DNA of 64,000 bases from Patescibacteria group bacterium (GCA_028716665.1 JAQUPP010000002.1:267717-331716); one strand, 5' to 3'. Numbered from the stretch's first letter, positions 47,723 to 59,438 are shown. The notes: a model not told the origin generated them from the letters alone. Translations and numbers: made by a program.

Positions 47723-48238
47723 ATGAATATTGATACTTTTTATAAAAATGTTAAATGGAATCTTGAACAAATCGTGGTTCAGGTTGGACATGCAGAAGGA
47801 GTAAAGGGAAGAGCTAGAAGCGGATATTATAAGTCGGCAATTATTTTAGCCGCTTCAATAATAGAAGCACTTGCATATAAAATATTAGAGCAAAATTATT
47901 CTCTAGAAATGCCGTTAGAAGATTGGAAGTGTGTACGTTCAAATTTTTTGCCCGAACAATATAAAAGCGATAAAGGAGAAAGGTTAAGTATTTGTGAGAG
48001 AAAAAGATTTAAGTTTGAGCTAAATAAACAAACTGATTTCAAAAAGGTAAACGAGGTTTGTCATTTCCTTAATGTTTTCTCAACAAAATCATTCAAAAAA
48101 ATAGAAAAGGTAAGAAAATTAAGGAATAGAATACATATTCAAGGATTAGATGATTTGGATAGAAGTTATACAAAAAAAGAATTGGAATTTGTTTCATCTG
48201 TCATGAATGAATTACTAAACAAGATTAATCATGGATAA
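47723..48238 (+). CDS. hypothetical protein, possible HEPN-like domain
   Basis: C-terminal RKLRNRIHIQG fits Rx4-6H; 4-nt gap to the upstream gene. Confidence 0.35.
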   Translation: MNIDTFYKNVKWNLEQIVVQVGHAEGVKGRARSGYYKSAIILAASIIEALAYKILEQNYSLEMPLEDWKCVRSNFLPEQYKSDKGERLSICERKRFKFELNKQTDFKKVNEVCHFLNVFSTKSFKKIEKVRKLRNRIHIQGLDDLDRSYTKKELEFVSSVMNELLNKINHG

Positions 48239-48249
48239 TTTATTAAACT

Positions 48250-48615
48250 ATGATTAACAATATCGAAAAATTAACTGAGTCCCAACTTGTTGAATATACG
48301 GGCGAAAAAGCTAAACTTTCAGGAATGTCGAGCGGACTTGATGCCCAACAAGCTCAGGCTGAACTTACCAAACGTCTAATTGACAGTATTCGAAATTTTG
48401 ATGATGCCTCTTCTAGATATTCCAAAATTTTATTAATACTCACAATGATTTTAATGGAAATTGGTATTTCTCAAATACTTATAACTTTATTTCAATTTGA
48501 ACGGTTATGGGAAAAAATGTTAATATACTTTATTATTCTTTTGGGTTTTATTATATTATTTATATATGCTTATAAATCAATTTTTAATGACGACAAAAAA
48601 TTAAATAATAAATAA
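48250..48615 (+). CDS. small protein with soluble N-terminus and two C-terminal TM helices
   Basis: hydrophobic segments ILLILTMILMEIGISQILITLF and LIYFIILLGFIILFIYAY. Confidence 0.4.
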   Translation: MINNIEKLTESQLVEYTGEKAKLSGMSSGLDAQQAQAELTKRLIDSIRNFDDASSRYSKILLILTMILMEIGISQILITLFQFERLWEKMLIYFIILLGFIILFIYAYKSIFNDDKKLNNK

Positions 48616-48616
48616 T

Positions 48617-49372
48617 ATGTCTGAATATTATAACCCAAACAGAACAAGAAATCTTTACAGTCCTATTTCAAAGGAAGTTTTTCGTTTAAGTCGGTCAAAG
48701 ATTGATTTATTCATAAAATGTCCGAGGTGTTTTTATTTGGATCGCCGGCTTGGCGTCGGCCAACCGCCCGGATTTCCGTTTTCCTTGAATTCCGCCGTGG
48801 ATAAACTTTTGAAAAAAGAATTTGATATTCATCGGGCTAAAGGAGTGGCGCATCCGTTAATGACCGAATATGGCGTGGACGCGGTGCCGTTGGTTCATAA
48901 AAAAATGGAAGAATGGCGTGATTCTTTGCGCGCCGGCATAACTTATCAAATACCCGGCACGAATATAATGATTACCGGCGGCGTGGATGATGTTTGGGTA
49001 AATCCGAAAGGCGAATTTCTGATTGTTGATTACAAAGCCACTTCAAAAAGTGAGGAAGTTAATTTGGATGCCGAATGGCAGATTGGGTATAAACGGCAGA
49101 TGGAAATATATCAATGGTTGTTCAGGCAAAATGGTTTTAAAGTGTCTTCAACCGGTTATTTTGTTTATTGCAACGGCGACGCGGACAAAAAAGCGTTTGA
49201 CGGCAAATTGGAATTTGACATCAAAATTATTCCGTATAAAGGCGATGATTCTTGGGTTGAAAAAACCGTTAAAGAGGCGATAGAGTGCCTTAATTCCGAC
49301 ATTCTCCCTAAACCCGGACCCGACTGCGACTTTTGTAAATACCGCCAAGCGGTCAAAAAATTTGAGAACTAA
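48617..49372 (+). CDS. Cas4/RecB-like PD-(D/E)xK nuclease with four-Cys cluster
   Basis: GGVDDVW ... LIVDYKAT (D/ExK), QMEIYQW (QxxxY), Cys at CPRC (N-terminal) and CDFC (C-terminal). Confidence 0.55.
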   Translation: MSEYYNPNRTRNLYSPISKEVFRLSRSKIDLFIKCPRCFYLDRRLGVGQPPGFPFSLNSAVDKLLKKEFDIHRAKGVAHPLMTEYGVDAVPLVHKKMEEWRDSLRAGITYQIPGTNIMITGGVDDVWVNPKGEFLIVDYKATSKSEEVNLDAEWQIGYKRQMEIYQWLFRQNGFKVSSTGYFVYCNGDADKKAFDGKLEFDIKIIPYKGDDSWVEKTVKEAIECLNSDILPKPGPDCDFCKYRQAVKKFEN

Positions 49373-49383
49373 AATAATAATTT

Positions 49384-50232
49384 ATGATAAATAATAAACA
49401 AATCACGATTTTTGAAGGTCAAAAAATCCGCCGGCTATGGGACGAAAAAAAAGAAAAATGGTATTTTTCAGTTATTGATATTATGGCCGTTCTTACAGAG
49501 CAACCCGATTTTAAAAAAGCGCAAAGCTATTGGACAACGCTTAAAAATCGTTTAAAACAAGAAGGGAATGAGTCTGTCACAAAATGTGACAAACTGAAAT
49601 TACAATCTACTGATGGAAAGTATTATAAAACCGACACAGCCGACGTAGAAACAATTTTGCGCCTTATTCAATCAGTTCCGAGTAAAAAAGCTGAACCGAT
49701 AAAATTATGGCTGGCGCGCGTGGGTTATGAAAGAATACAAGAAACCGTTGATCCGGAAAAATCAATCAATCGGGGCAGAATGAATTGGCAAAGAATGGGC
49801 CGAAGCCAAAAATGGATACAGCAAAGAATGATGGGGCAGGAAATCAGAAATAAATTGACGGATTATTGGAAAAATAACGAAGTCAAAGAGCAGGACGAAT
49901 ACGCTATTTTGACAAATATTATTCATCAAGAATGGATCGATTTGTCGGTTAAGGATCATAAGAATTTAAAAAAATTGAAAACAGAAAATTTGCGCGATCA
50001 TATGACGGATGCGGAATTGGTTTTTTCGGCCTTGGCGGAACTTTCCACACGTGAAATCGCCGAAACAATGAAAACAAAAGGCTTGGAAGAAAATAAAATT
50101 CCGGCGGTTAAGGGAGGCCGCATTGCCAAAAATGCGCGATTGGAATTGGAACAGAAAACCGGCAAAAGTGTTGTCAGCAGAGAAAATTTTTTACAATCTC
50201 CAAAAAATGGAAAAAAATTAATTAAAAAATAA
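49384..50232 (+). CDS. Bro-N-domain protein with DinD-like C-terminal region
   Basis: N-terminal ITIFEGQKIRRLWDEKKEKWYFSVIDIMAVL; C-terminal resembles 42737 ORF C-terminus. Confidence 0.45.
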   Translation: MINNKQITIFEGQKIRRLWDEKKEKWYFSVIDIMAVLTEQPDFKKAQSYWTTLKNRLKQEGNESVTKCDKLKLQSTDGKYYKTDTADVETILRLIQSVPSKKAEPIKLWLARVGYERIQETVDPEKSINRGRMNWQRMGRSQKWIQQRMMGQEIRNKLTDYWKNNEVKEQDEYAILTNIIHQEWIDLSVKDHKNLKKLKTENLRDHMTDAELVFSALAELSTREIAETMKTKGLEENKIPAVKGGRIAKNARLELEQKTGKSVVSRENFLQSPKNGKKLIKK

Positions 50233-50280
50233 TTATAGCTTGATTTTAATTTGCTTTTTTATTAACTTTAAATAAAAATT

Positions 50281-50793
50281 ATGAGACCGACAAAAAATGA
50301 ATACTATTTAATGATTGCCGAGAGAGTAAAAAATCGTGGCACTTGTCTTCGCGCTAAAATTGGAGCGATTATTGTCAGAGATGATCAAATTATCGCTACC
50401 GGTTATTTGGGCAGTCCAAGACAAACAAAAGATTGTCTTGAAAGAAATGATTGTCTAAGAGACAAATTGAATATTCCTCACGGCCAAAGATATGAACTTT
50501 GCCGAAGCGTACATGCTGAACAAAATTGTATTTTAAACGCTGCCCGAGCAGGAGTATCTCTTTTGAATGGCGATATGTATATTTACGGTGAAAATCAGAA
50601 AGGTGAAAAAACCGATGCTTTTCCTTGTTTTATTTGCAAAAAAATGATTATCAATGCCGGTTTAAAAAGAGTGGTTTGCTCCACAAGAGAAGGGGATATA
50701 AAAGTTTTTAATGTTGAAGATTGGGCGCGCGATTGGCAAGAAAAAGATATTATAGACGATCAGCAACAATACGGAAAAGACCAAAATAAATAA
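50281..50793 (+). CDS. dCMP (deoxycytidylate) deaminase family protein
   Basis: HAEQNCI and PCFICKKMI zinc-binding motifs. Confidence 0.7.
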   Translation: MRPTKNEYYLMIAERVKNRGTCLRAKIGAIIVRDDQIIATGYLGSPRQTKDCLERNDCLRDKLNIPHGQRYELCRSVHAEQNCILNAARAGVSLLNGDMYIYGENQKGEKTDAFPCFICKKMIINAGLKRVVCSTREGDIKVFNVEDWARDWQEKDIIDDQQQYGKDQNK

Positions 50794-50807
50794 TAAATAA
50801 AAAATAT

Positions 50808-51299
50808 ATGAATAAAAAAAATGTTATCAAGTTTTTAATTTATTTCGGTTTTTGTGAATGCGCCGGCGCCATTGGCAGTATTTTCACCGTTTCGGCCATC
50901 AAAAATTGGTATGTATTTTTAGAAAAACCGTCTTTCAGTCCGCCAAATTGGTTATTCGGTCCGGCCTGGACCACACTTTATCTATTAATGGCAATTTCCA
51001 TTTTTCTCATTTCGTCCTCTTACGCTAAAGCTACAGAAGGACAGAGCAAAAAAATAAAAATGGTTTCTCGTCTTTTCTGGATTCATTTATTTTTTAACGC
51101 CATTTGGTCATTTTTATTTTTCGGATTGGAGAGCCCATTACTCGGACTTTTTGACATTATAATTTTATGGGTGATGATCGGAATTTTGACTTTTCAATTC
51201 TTCAAAATCAGAAAACTGGCCGGAATTTTATTTATTCCTTATTGGCTTTGGGTTTCTTTTGCCACAATTTTAAACTTTTTTGTTTGGAAATTAAATTAA
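50808..51299 (+). CDS. TspO/MBR family tryptophan-rich membrane protein
   Basis: NWLFGPAWTTLYLLMAIS, five TM helices, Trp-rich. Confidence 0.7.
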   Translation: MNKKNVIKFLIYFGFCECAGAIGSIFTVSAIKNWYVFLEKPSFSPPNWLFGPAWTTLYLLMAISIFLISSSYAKATEGQSKKIKMVSRLFWIHLFFNAIWSFLFFGLESPLLGLFDIIILWVMIGILTFQFFKIRKLAGILFIPYWLWVSFATILNFFVWKLN

Positions 51300-51484
51300 C
51301 CCTTCGACAAACTCAGGATAAATCCTTCGACAAACTCAGGATAAATCCTTCGACAAACTCAGGATAAACCCTTCGACAAACTCAGGATAAACCCTTCGAT
51401 ACTTCAACAGATTCAGTACAAGTAAACTCAGGATAAATCCTTCGATACTTCAACAGATTCAGTACAAGTAAACTCAGGATAAAT
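51299..51484 (+). repeat. tandem direct repeats: 23-bp unit x4 followed by a 46-bp unit x2
   Basis: CCTTCGACAAACTCAGGATAAAT x4, then CCTTCGATACTTCAACAGATTCAGTACAAGTAAACTCAGGATAAAT x2. Confidence 0.85.
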
Positions 51485-51498
51485 CATTTAATAAATTT

Positions 51499-52182
51499 AT
51501 GAAAAATAAAAGACTCATTTTGATTTTTATTTTAATATTTATGGCAATCGGGTGCGGCATTTATTTTTTGATTTTTAAATCAGTTAATAAAGAACCCCCG
51601 AAGCCGCTTACGGCGTCAAAGCCAACTGTTTTTTGGATTGACAACAGGACATTATCAGTACTTTTTAAAATTGAAAATCCCAACAGAAATTACGGATCGG
51701 ATAATTATTCATACACGATCAATCTTTATGACGACCATGAAAATTTGATAAAATCAATTCAGAAATCACTTTTTATTTACAGAGGAGAAACTCAAACTTT
51801 GGCTGAAACAAAAATTGATACGGGCGGAAATATGGTTGGCCGGGCGGAAGTGGTTATTGGCGACACAAATTGGATTCCGGCGATCAATTTTACAAAACCT
51901 ATTTTAAAAACGGAAGCTTTGGAAACGACCAAAGAAAAAAACAGTTCTTATAAAATCAACGTAAAATTATATAATCCGAATGATTTTGATATTTCCAAAC
52001 TTGTTGTCAGCGCGGTTTTGTTCAGCAAAGAAGGACGGGAAATGGCAGTGGTCAGAGCGGACTCGGATTCCATGAAGGCCAAAAGAAGCAAGGGGCTTAT
52101 ATCTTACATAAACATTGATTCTTCCATGGAACAATATCTTGACATGTCGGCTACAAAATTTTACATATACGCCAAAAAATAA
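51499..52182 (+). CDS. membrane-anchored/exported hypothetical protein
   Basis: N-terminal hydrophobic helix ending FMAIGCGIYF. Confidence 0.4.
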   Translation: MKNKRLILIFILIFMAIGCGIYFLIFKSVNKEPPKPLTASKPTVFWIDNRTLSVLFKIENPNRNYGSDNYSYTINLYDDHENLIKSIQKSLFIYRGETQTLAETKIDTGGNMVGRAEVVIGDTNWIPAINFTKPILKTEALETTKEKNSSYKINVKLYNPNDFDISKLVVSAVLFSKEGREMAVVRADSDSMKAKRSKGLISYINIDSSMEQYLDMSATKFYIYAKK

Positions 52183-52203
52183 ATAATTTAAATAATAAAT
52201 TTT

Positions 52204-52485
52204 ATGAAAAATTTTGAAACACCGAATTTATCAGCCGAAACAAAAAGAGAGAAAGCGTTAAATCCCAACGAAACAAAAGAATTGGGACAAGATATGAAGG
52301 AATATACAGAAGGATTAAAATTAAGGATTGAAGAAATTAAAACAGAATTAAAAACAGAAACCAATACGGGGATAAGAGTTGAACTGGAAAACGAATTGGC
52401 GGATTTGGAAGAACAATATGAAGGATTAAAGGGTTTTACCGACGACATTGAATCGGGAAATTTTGAAGAAATTATTGAGAAATAA
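52204..52485 (+). CDS. acidic hypothetical protein
   Basis: 93 aa, Glu-rich coiled-coil-like. Confidence 0.35.
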   Translation: MKNFETPNLSAETKREKALNPNETKELGQDMKEYTEGLKLRIEEIKTELKTETNTGIRVELENELADLEEQYEGLKGFTDDIESGNFEEIIEK

Positions 52486-52547
52486 TCCATTGACGTATTT
52501 TAATTTTTCGGCTATTATATAAAGAAGGTTCTTTAAAAGGAGGAAAA

Positions 52548-52898
52548 ATGAAAAAGAAAAAATATTCATCGTTTTATCGGGAATTTAAGGAAATGCATGC
52601 AATGCGAAAAAAGATTGATGCGAAATGTAAGCAAATAAATAAATTAATGGCAGAAAAAGGCAAGTTAGAGAAAGAAAAGGTTAAAAAACTTAAGAAATTT
52701 GTAGGAAAACGAGTTGAAATATGTTGGGACGACGATTCGCAATGGAAAGGTAAAATAGAGTGTACTTTAGTTAAAATTTTTGAAGATCGTAATTTTGGCT
52801 GGGGATGTAAAATAGAACAGAAATCCATAAAATATATTCGTGGTCCCGAAACAAAAATATTATTTGTGAACGAAATTACGAAGATAGAAAAAGTTTAA
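52548..52898 (+). CDS. hypothetical protein, paralog of 60325..60675
   Basis: shared KRVEICW..D..WKGKI.CTL core; TTGACG-N17-TATTAT promoter and AAGGAGG SD. Confidence 0.5.
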   Translation: MKKKKYSSFYREFKEMHAMRKKIDAKCKQINKLMAEKGKLEKEKVKKLKKFVGKRVEICWDDDSQWKGKIECTLVKIFEDRNFGWGCKIEQKSIKYIRGPETKILFVNEITKIEKV

Positions 52899-52948
52899 TT
52901 TAAAAAAGGTCCGCAATAATTCGCGGGCCTTTTCTTATTGATTTTTTT
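52890..52948 (+). terminator. intrinsic terminator (copy 1 of duplicated terminator)
   Basis: GGTCCGCAATAATTCGCGGGCC hairpin + TTTTCTTATTGATTTTTTT; identical to 60683-60722. Confidence 0.65.
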
Positions 52949-53000
52949 ATATTTATCGTCTGGACAAAAATTTTAAAATTGATATAATTTTAACTCATAT

Positions 53001-53228
53001 ATGTCTAAATTCGCAGATAAACAATATTTAATGGAATCTTTGAAGATATTCAGCCGGTTGTCGGTTTGGATTGTTTTCCCGGCTCTTTTGGGAGCTTTAT
53101 TGGGAAAATGGCTGGATAAAAAATATAACAGTTCGCCGCGTTGGTTTTTAATCGTCATCGGCTTATCTTTTATTTTTTCAATGATTGCTTTGGTCAAAAA
53201 TACTTTAGAAGAATATAAAAAGTATTAA
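53001..53228 (+). CDS. small membrane protein preceding atpB (AtpZ/AtpI-like)
   Basis: 75 aa, two TM helices, position immediately upstream of the atp operon. Confidence 0.35.
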   Translation: MSKFADKQYLMESLKIFSRLSVWIVFPALLGALLGKWLDKKYNSSPRWFLIVIGLSFIFSMIALVKNTLEEYKKY

Positions 53229-53296
53229 CTCTTTGATATCTGCGCTCGCTCGGAAAAGTAATCCACTAGTAAGCGAACTACTTTTCTCTCACTCGC

Positions 53297-54157
53297 TTGA
53301 TAATAAAAAGATTGAAAAACGCAAATAATATGTCTAATAGTGCCGGAGAACAAATTTTGCACGAAAATACTTTATATGCCGAACAGGTTTTTCATGTCGG
53401 TAATTTTCCCATTACTAATTCCATAATTAATTCTTGGATAGTAGTGATTATTTTTGTCGTCGCTTTGGTTTGGTCTTTAAAAGGAAAAATAAAACAAGTG
53501 CCTCGCGGCTTGCAGAATGCCTTGGAAATGGTTTTTGAATCATTTTTTGATATTTTTGATTCGGTTACCGGCAGTCGCAAAAAGACTTTACACTTCGCTC
53601 CGTTTGTTTTATCTTTTTTCTTTTTTGTTTTAATCAATAACTGGATGGGTCTTTTGCCCGGAGTCGGATCTATTGGCCAGATAGTATCCGAAGGAGGGCA
53701 TAAATTATTTATTCCTTATTTTCGCGGCGCTACGGCTGATTTGAACACCACTTTGGCTTTGGCTTCCTTGGCGGTCGTAGTCAGTCATATTATGGGAGTC
53801 GTGGCTGTCGGTTGGTGGAAATATCTGAACAAATTCATCAATTTTAAAATTTTATTGGAAATACCGAAAAAAATTATCAAAGATCCGACTATCTTGCTTA
53901 TTAACCCGATTAAATTTTTTGTCGGCTTGATTGAAATAGTGGGTGAGTTGGCAAAAGTTGCCAGCTTATCTTTTCGTTTATTTGGAAATATTTTTGCCGG
54001 TGAAGTATTACTGGCCTCAATGTCGGCCATATTCGCTTTCGGTTTGCCACTGCCGTTTATGTTTTTGGAAGTTATTGTTGGTTTCATCCAAGCTTTGATT
54101 TTTTCAATTTTAGTGTTAATATATCTATCCATTGCCACTACGGCGGAAGAACATTAA
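53297..54157 (+). CDS. atpB: F0F1 ATP synthase subunit a
   Basis: LINNWMGLLPG and FRLFGNIFAGEVLL motifs; exact start codon uncertain. Confidence 0.85.
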   Translation: MIIKRLKNANNMSNSAGEQILHENTLYAEQVFHVGNFPITNSIINSWIVVIIFVVALVWSLKGKIKQVPRGLQNALEMVFESFFDIFDSVTGSRKKTLHFAPFVLSFFFFVLINNWMGLLPGVGSIGQIVSEGGHKLFIPYFRGATADLNTTLALASLAVVVSHIMGVVAVGWWKYLNKFINFKILLEIPKKIIKDPTILLINPIKFFVGLIEIVGELAKVASLSFRLFGNIFAGEVLLASMSAIFAFGLPLPFMFLEVIVGFIQALIFSILVLIYLSIATTAEEH

Positions 54158-54183
54158 TTAAAGGTCAATTTAAAAAAATATAA

Positions 54184-54411
<228 letters not shown>

Positions 54412-54486
54412 CATCAAATAGCAATTTGACGAACTGCTCCTTTTTCGGGAGCAGAGGTTAAATTATTATTATATTAAATTTTTTAT

Positions 54487-54975
54487 ATGGATTCATTAGT
54501 TTCTATTTTTCACATTGATTTTAAATTATTTTTGGCTCAACTGATTAATTTCGCGATTATCTTTTTTGTGCTTTATAAATTCGCTTTTAAGCCGATTGCT
54601 AAAGTAATGCAAGAAAGAACCGTGACGATTGAAAAAAGTTTGAATGATGCCAAGGAAGTTGAAAAAAAATTGGCCGAAACAAATCTTGAACAAATTAAAA
54701 TTTTAAACAGCGCCAAGAAAGACGCTTTGGCTATTGTTGAAAATGCCAATCAGTCGGCTGAAATCAATAAGCAAAAATTAGTTGAAAAAACCAAATTGGA
54801 AGTGGCGGCTATTTTTGAAAGCGAGAAAGCCAAAATCGCTCAAGAAAAAGAAGAATCAATCAAAGAAATAAAAAATGAAATGACTGATTTGGTGGTTTTG
54901 GCCGTGGAAAAAGTGCTTAAGGAAAAAATGACTGATGTTAAAGATAAAAAAATAATTGAGGATTTAATTAAATAA
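54487..54975 (+). CDS. atpF: F0F1 ATP synthase subunit b
   Basis: single N-terminal TM helix followed by a long charged helix; operon position. Confidence 0.75.
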   Translation: MDSLVSIFHIDFKLFLAQLINFAIIFFVLYKFAFKPIAKVMQERTVTIEKSLNDAKEVEKKLAETNLEQIKILNSAKKDALAIVENANQSAEINKQKLVEKTKLEVAAIFESEKAKIAQEKEESIKEIKNEMTDLVVLAVEKVLKEKMTDVKDKKIIEDLIK

Positions 54976-54994
54976 TAAAAGGGTATAATATATT

Positions 54995-55396
54995 ATGAAA
55001 ATTTCCGCTCGACAATATGCCGAGAGTTTGGCTCAATCCATCTCTTCAAAAAGCAAGCCTGAAATGGCGGTGATTTTGGATAATTTCGCCAAAATTATGA
55101 TGGAAAATCGGGATTTAAATCGATTGAATGAGATTCTGTCTGCTTTTTCCAAAATTTGGGATAAGAATCAGGGAGAATTGGCGGTTGAATTTACCGGCGC
55201 TCGAGCTATTTCGGAAAAAACCAAAAAAGAAATTGAAGAATATTTAAAATTGAAAACCGGCGCACAAAAAATAGTTTTAACCGAAAAAACAGATGAAGAT
55301 ATTCTAGGCGGCCTTGTTCTGCGTTATGAAGACAAAGTGATCAATGCTAGCTTGAAACAATCTTTGCAGGATTTAAAAAACGAAATGAATAAATAG
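54995..55396 (+). CDS. atpH: F0F1 ATP synthase subunit delta (short)
   Basis: operon position; [19 protein letters not shown]-terminal pattern. Confidence 0.6.
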   Translation: MKISARQYAESLAQSISSKSKPEMAVILDNFAKIMMENRDLNRLNEILSAFSKIWDKNQGELAVEFTGARAISEKTKKEIEEYLKLKTGAQKIVLTEKTDEDILGGLVLRYEDKVINASLKQSLQDLKNEMNK

Positions 55397-55430
55397 AACA
55401 AATAATAAAAATAATAATTTTATAAAAAAT

Positions 55431-56954
55431 ATGTCAAATACGAAAGATTTCATCATTGAACAGCTTAAAAGCCGAATTTCCGGTTATCAAGCTGAAGCCA
55501 AAGAACAGACGGTCGGTCGAGTTTTAAAAATTTCCGACGGTATTGCTTTGATTTCAGGATTGTCCGATGCCATGATGTCTGAAATTTTAATTTTTAAATC
55601 CAACGGACAAGAAATTGTCGGCGTGGCTTTAAACTTGGAAGAAAATTTGGTCGGAGCTATTATCTTGGGTGAATTTGCAGTTATTAAAGAAGGTGATGAA
55701 GTGGTTTGCACCAAAAGAATTTTGGAAGTTCCGGTTGGTCCGAATTTAGTCGGACGCGTAGTTGATCCATTGGGCGCTCCGCTTGACGGAAAAGGAAAAA
55801 TTGAAGCGGCTAAATTTTATCCGGTTGAAAAAATCGCCCCGGGTGTTATTACCCGCGCCAAGGTTAAAGATCCTGTTCAAACCGGTATTAAAGCCATTGA
55901 TGCCATGATTCCAATCGGCCGCGGTCAGAGAGAATTGATTATCGGCGATCGCCAAATCGGAAAAACAGCCATTGCGATTGATGCTATTATCAATCAAAAA
56001 GGCCAGAATATGAAATGTATTTATGTGGCCATTGGACAAAAAGAATCAAAAATAGCCAATATCGTTGCTAAGTTGGAAGAAGCCGGAGCCATGAGTTATA
56101 CGACCATTGTTTTGGCCGGTGCTTCAAATTCAGCTTCATTATTATATATTGCTCCTTATGCCGGTTGCGCCATGGCTGAATATTTTTTAGATCAAGGCGA
56201 AGATGTCTTGATTATTTATGATGATTTATCCAAACACGCGGTCGCTTATCGTGAAATTTCTTTATTATTGCGCAGACCGCCGGGACGCGAAGCTTATCCG
56301 GGTGATGTATTTTATCTTCATTCCAGATTATTGGAACGTTCCTGCAAATTAAATGCTGATTTTGGCGGCGGTTCCATTACCGCTTTGCCGATTATTGAAA
56401 CTCAAGCCGGCGATGTTTCGGCTTATATTCCAACCAATGTTATTTCCATTACTGACGGCCAAATTTATTTGGAACCTGATTTATTTTATCAGGGCCAGCG
56501 TCCGTCCGTAAATGCCGGTTTGTCAGTTTCTCGCGTCGGTTCAACAGCTCAAATTAAAGCCATGAAAAAAGTAGCCGGAAAAATGCGTTTGGAAGCCGCT
56601 CAATATCGCGAACTGGCCGCGTTTGCCCAATTCGGTTCTGACCTGGATACTGATACTAAAAATAAATTGGAAAGAGGCAAGAGATTGTATGAAATTTTCA
56701 AACAAGATCAATATTTGCCCGTTCATGTCGCCAAACAAGTTCTGATTTATTATGCTTTGATTAACGGCTATGTTGATAATGTTCCGGTGGAAAAAACCAG
56801 AGAATTTGAACAAGGACTGATGAAATACGCAGATTTGAATAATCAAGTTTTGAATTTAATTGAAGAAAAAAAAGAATTAACCGAAGAAGTGGAGGTTAAA
56901 ATAAAAAAATTAATTGACGATTATAAAGCCACTCTGGATTATTTGACTAAGTAA
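55431..56954 (+). CDS. atpA: F0F1 ATP synthase subunit alpha
   Basis: [13 protein letters not shown] Walker A, alpha signature. Confidence 0.95.
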   Translation: MSNTKDFIIEQLKSRISGYQAEAKEQTVGRVLKISDGIALISGLSDAMMSEILIFKSNGQEIVGVALNLEENLVGAIILGEFAVIKEGDEVVCTKRILEVPVGPNLVGRVVDPLGAPLDGKGKIEAAKFYPVEKIAPGVITRAKVKDPVQTGIKAIDAMIPIGRGQRELIIGDRQIGKTAIAIDAIINQKGQNMKCIYVAIGQKESKIANIVAKLEEAGAMSYTTIVLAGASNSASLLYIAPYAGCAMAEYFLDQGEDVLIIYDDLSKHAVAYREISLLLRRPPGREAYPGDVFYLHSRLLERSCKLNADFGGGSITALPIIETQAGDVSAYIPTNVISITDGQIYLEPDLFYQGQRPSVNAGLSVSRVGSTAQIKAMKKVAGKMRLEAAQYRELAAFAQFGSDLDTDTKNKLERGKRLYEIFKQDQYLPVHVAKQVLIYYALINGYVDNVPVEKTREFEQGLMKYADLNNQVLNLIEEKKELTEEVEVKIKKLIDDYKATLDYLTK

Positions 56955-56957
56955 TAT

Positions 56958-57872
56958 ATGGCCAAGACCAAAGAAATATCTCGGCGCATCAAATCCGTTT
57001 CCAATACCAAAAAAATCACCAAAGCAATGGAAATGGTGGCGGCGTCAAAAATGAGAAAAGCGGTGGAAGCCGTGCTTAAAACTCGCACTTATGCAAATTT
57101 AAGTTGGGAGATGGTTTTACGTTTGGCAAAAATTTCCGCAGGCAATAATGAAATCGGACATCCGCTTTTAACCAAAAAAAAGGAAATAAAAAAAGCCGCC
57201 TTGATTTTAATTTCTTCCAATCGCGGTTTATGCGGCGGATTTAACGCCGCGGTTATCAATAGAGCGAAAGAATCATTAAAAAAACATAATTTGGAAACTG
57301 ATATTATTTTAGTCGGCAAAAAGGGGAGTATTATGGCTCAGCAAAAATATAATATTGCGGCAGAATTTCCCAAATCTGATTTGGTCTTATCAGCAGCCGA
57401 AACCAACCCTATTGCTCGGATGGCAATTAATGATTATTTATCGGGCAAATATGACAAAGTGATGCTTGTTTATACTGATTTTGTCAGCGGTGTAAAACAA
57501 ATTCCTCGAGTCAAACAGCTTTTGCCGATAAATATTGAATTTCAAGATCAATATTTGGGCATGGCTGAAAAAGAAGAAAAAGAAAAAAAACATTTTCAAT
57601 CTGAAGAATTTACATATGAATATACTTTTGAGCCGACTCCGACAGAAGTTTTGGATCGGATTGTGCCTCGCTTGATTGAAGTTCAATTATATCAGGCCTT
57701 GTTGGAATCAAATGCTTCGGAACACAGCGCTCGAATGGCCGCCATGCATCAAGCAACCGAATCAGCGTCTGATATGGTTAACGAATTGACTTTGTTCTAC
57801 AACAAGGCGCGTCAATCAAATATTACGGCTGAAATTGCCGAAATCAGCGCCGGAGCAAATGCCCTGTCCTAA
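56958..57872 (+). CDS. atpG: F0F1 ATP synthase subunit gamma
   Basis: MAKTKEISRRIKSVSNTKKITKAMEMVAASKMRKA N-terminus. Confidence 0.9.
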   Translation: MAKTKEISRRIKSVSNTKKITKAMEMVAASKMRKAVEAVLKTRTYANLSWEMVLRLAKISAGNNEIGHPLLTKKKEIKKAALILISSNRGLCGGFNAAVINRAKESLKKHNLETDIILVGKKGSIMAQQKYNIAAEFPKSDLVLSAAETNPIARMAINDYLSGKYDKVMLVYTDFVSGVKQIPRVKQLLPINIEFQDQYLGMAEKEEKEKKHFQSEEFTYEYTFEPTPTEVLDRIVPRLIEVQLYQALLESNASEHSARMAAMHQATESASDMVNELTLFYNKARQSNITAEIAEISAGANALS

Positions 57873-58034
57873 AAATTAAAAGTGAAAAAATCAAAATGAA
57901 AAATGACAGAGCAAAATTCAAAAATAATAAAAGTCAAAATGAATTTTATTATTTTGATAATTTTACATTTTAATTTGTCATTTTAATCTTTGATTTTTAA
58001 ATTTTGAATTAAAATTAATTAATTATTATTTTAA

Positions 58035-59432
<1,398 letters not shown>

Positions 59433-59438
59433 TTTTTT

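Noticed and set aside
51299-51484. Possible CRISPR array
   Set aside because: The first four units are contiguous with no spacers, and the two 'spacers' in the longer units are identical to each other; no cas genes nearby; this is a plain tandem repeat
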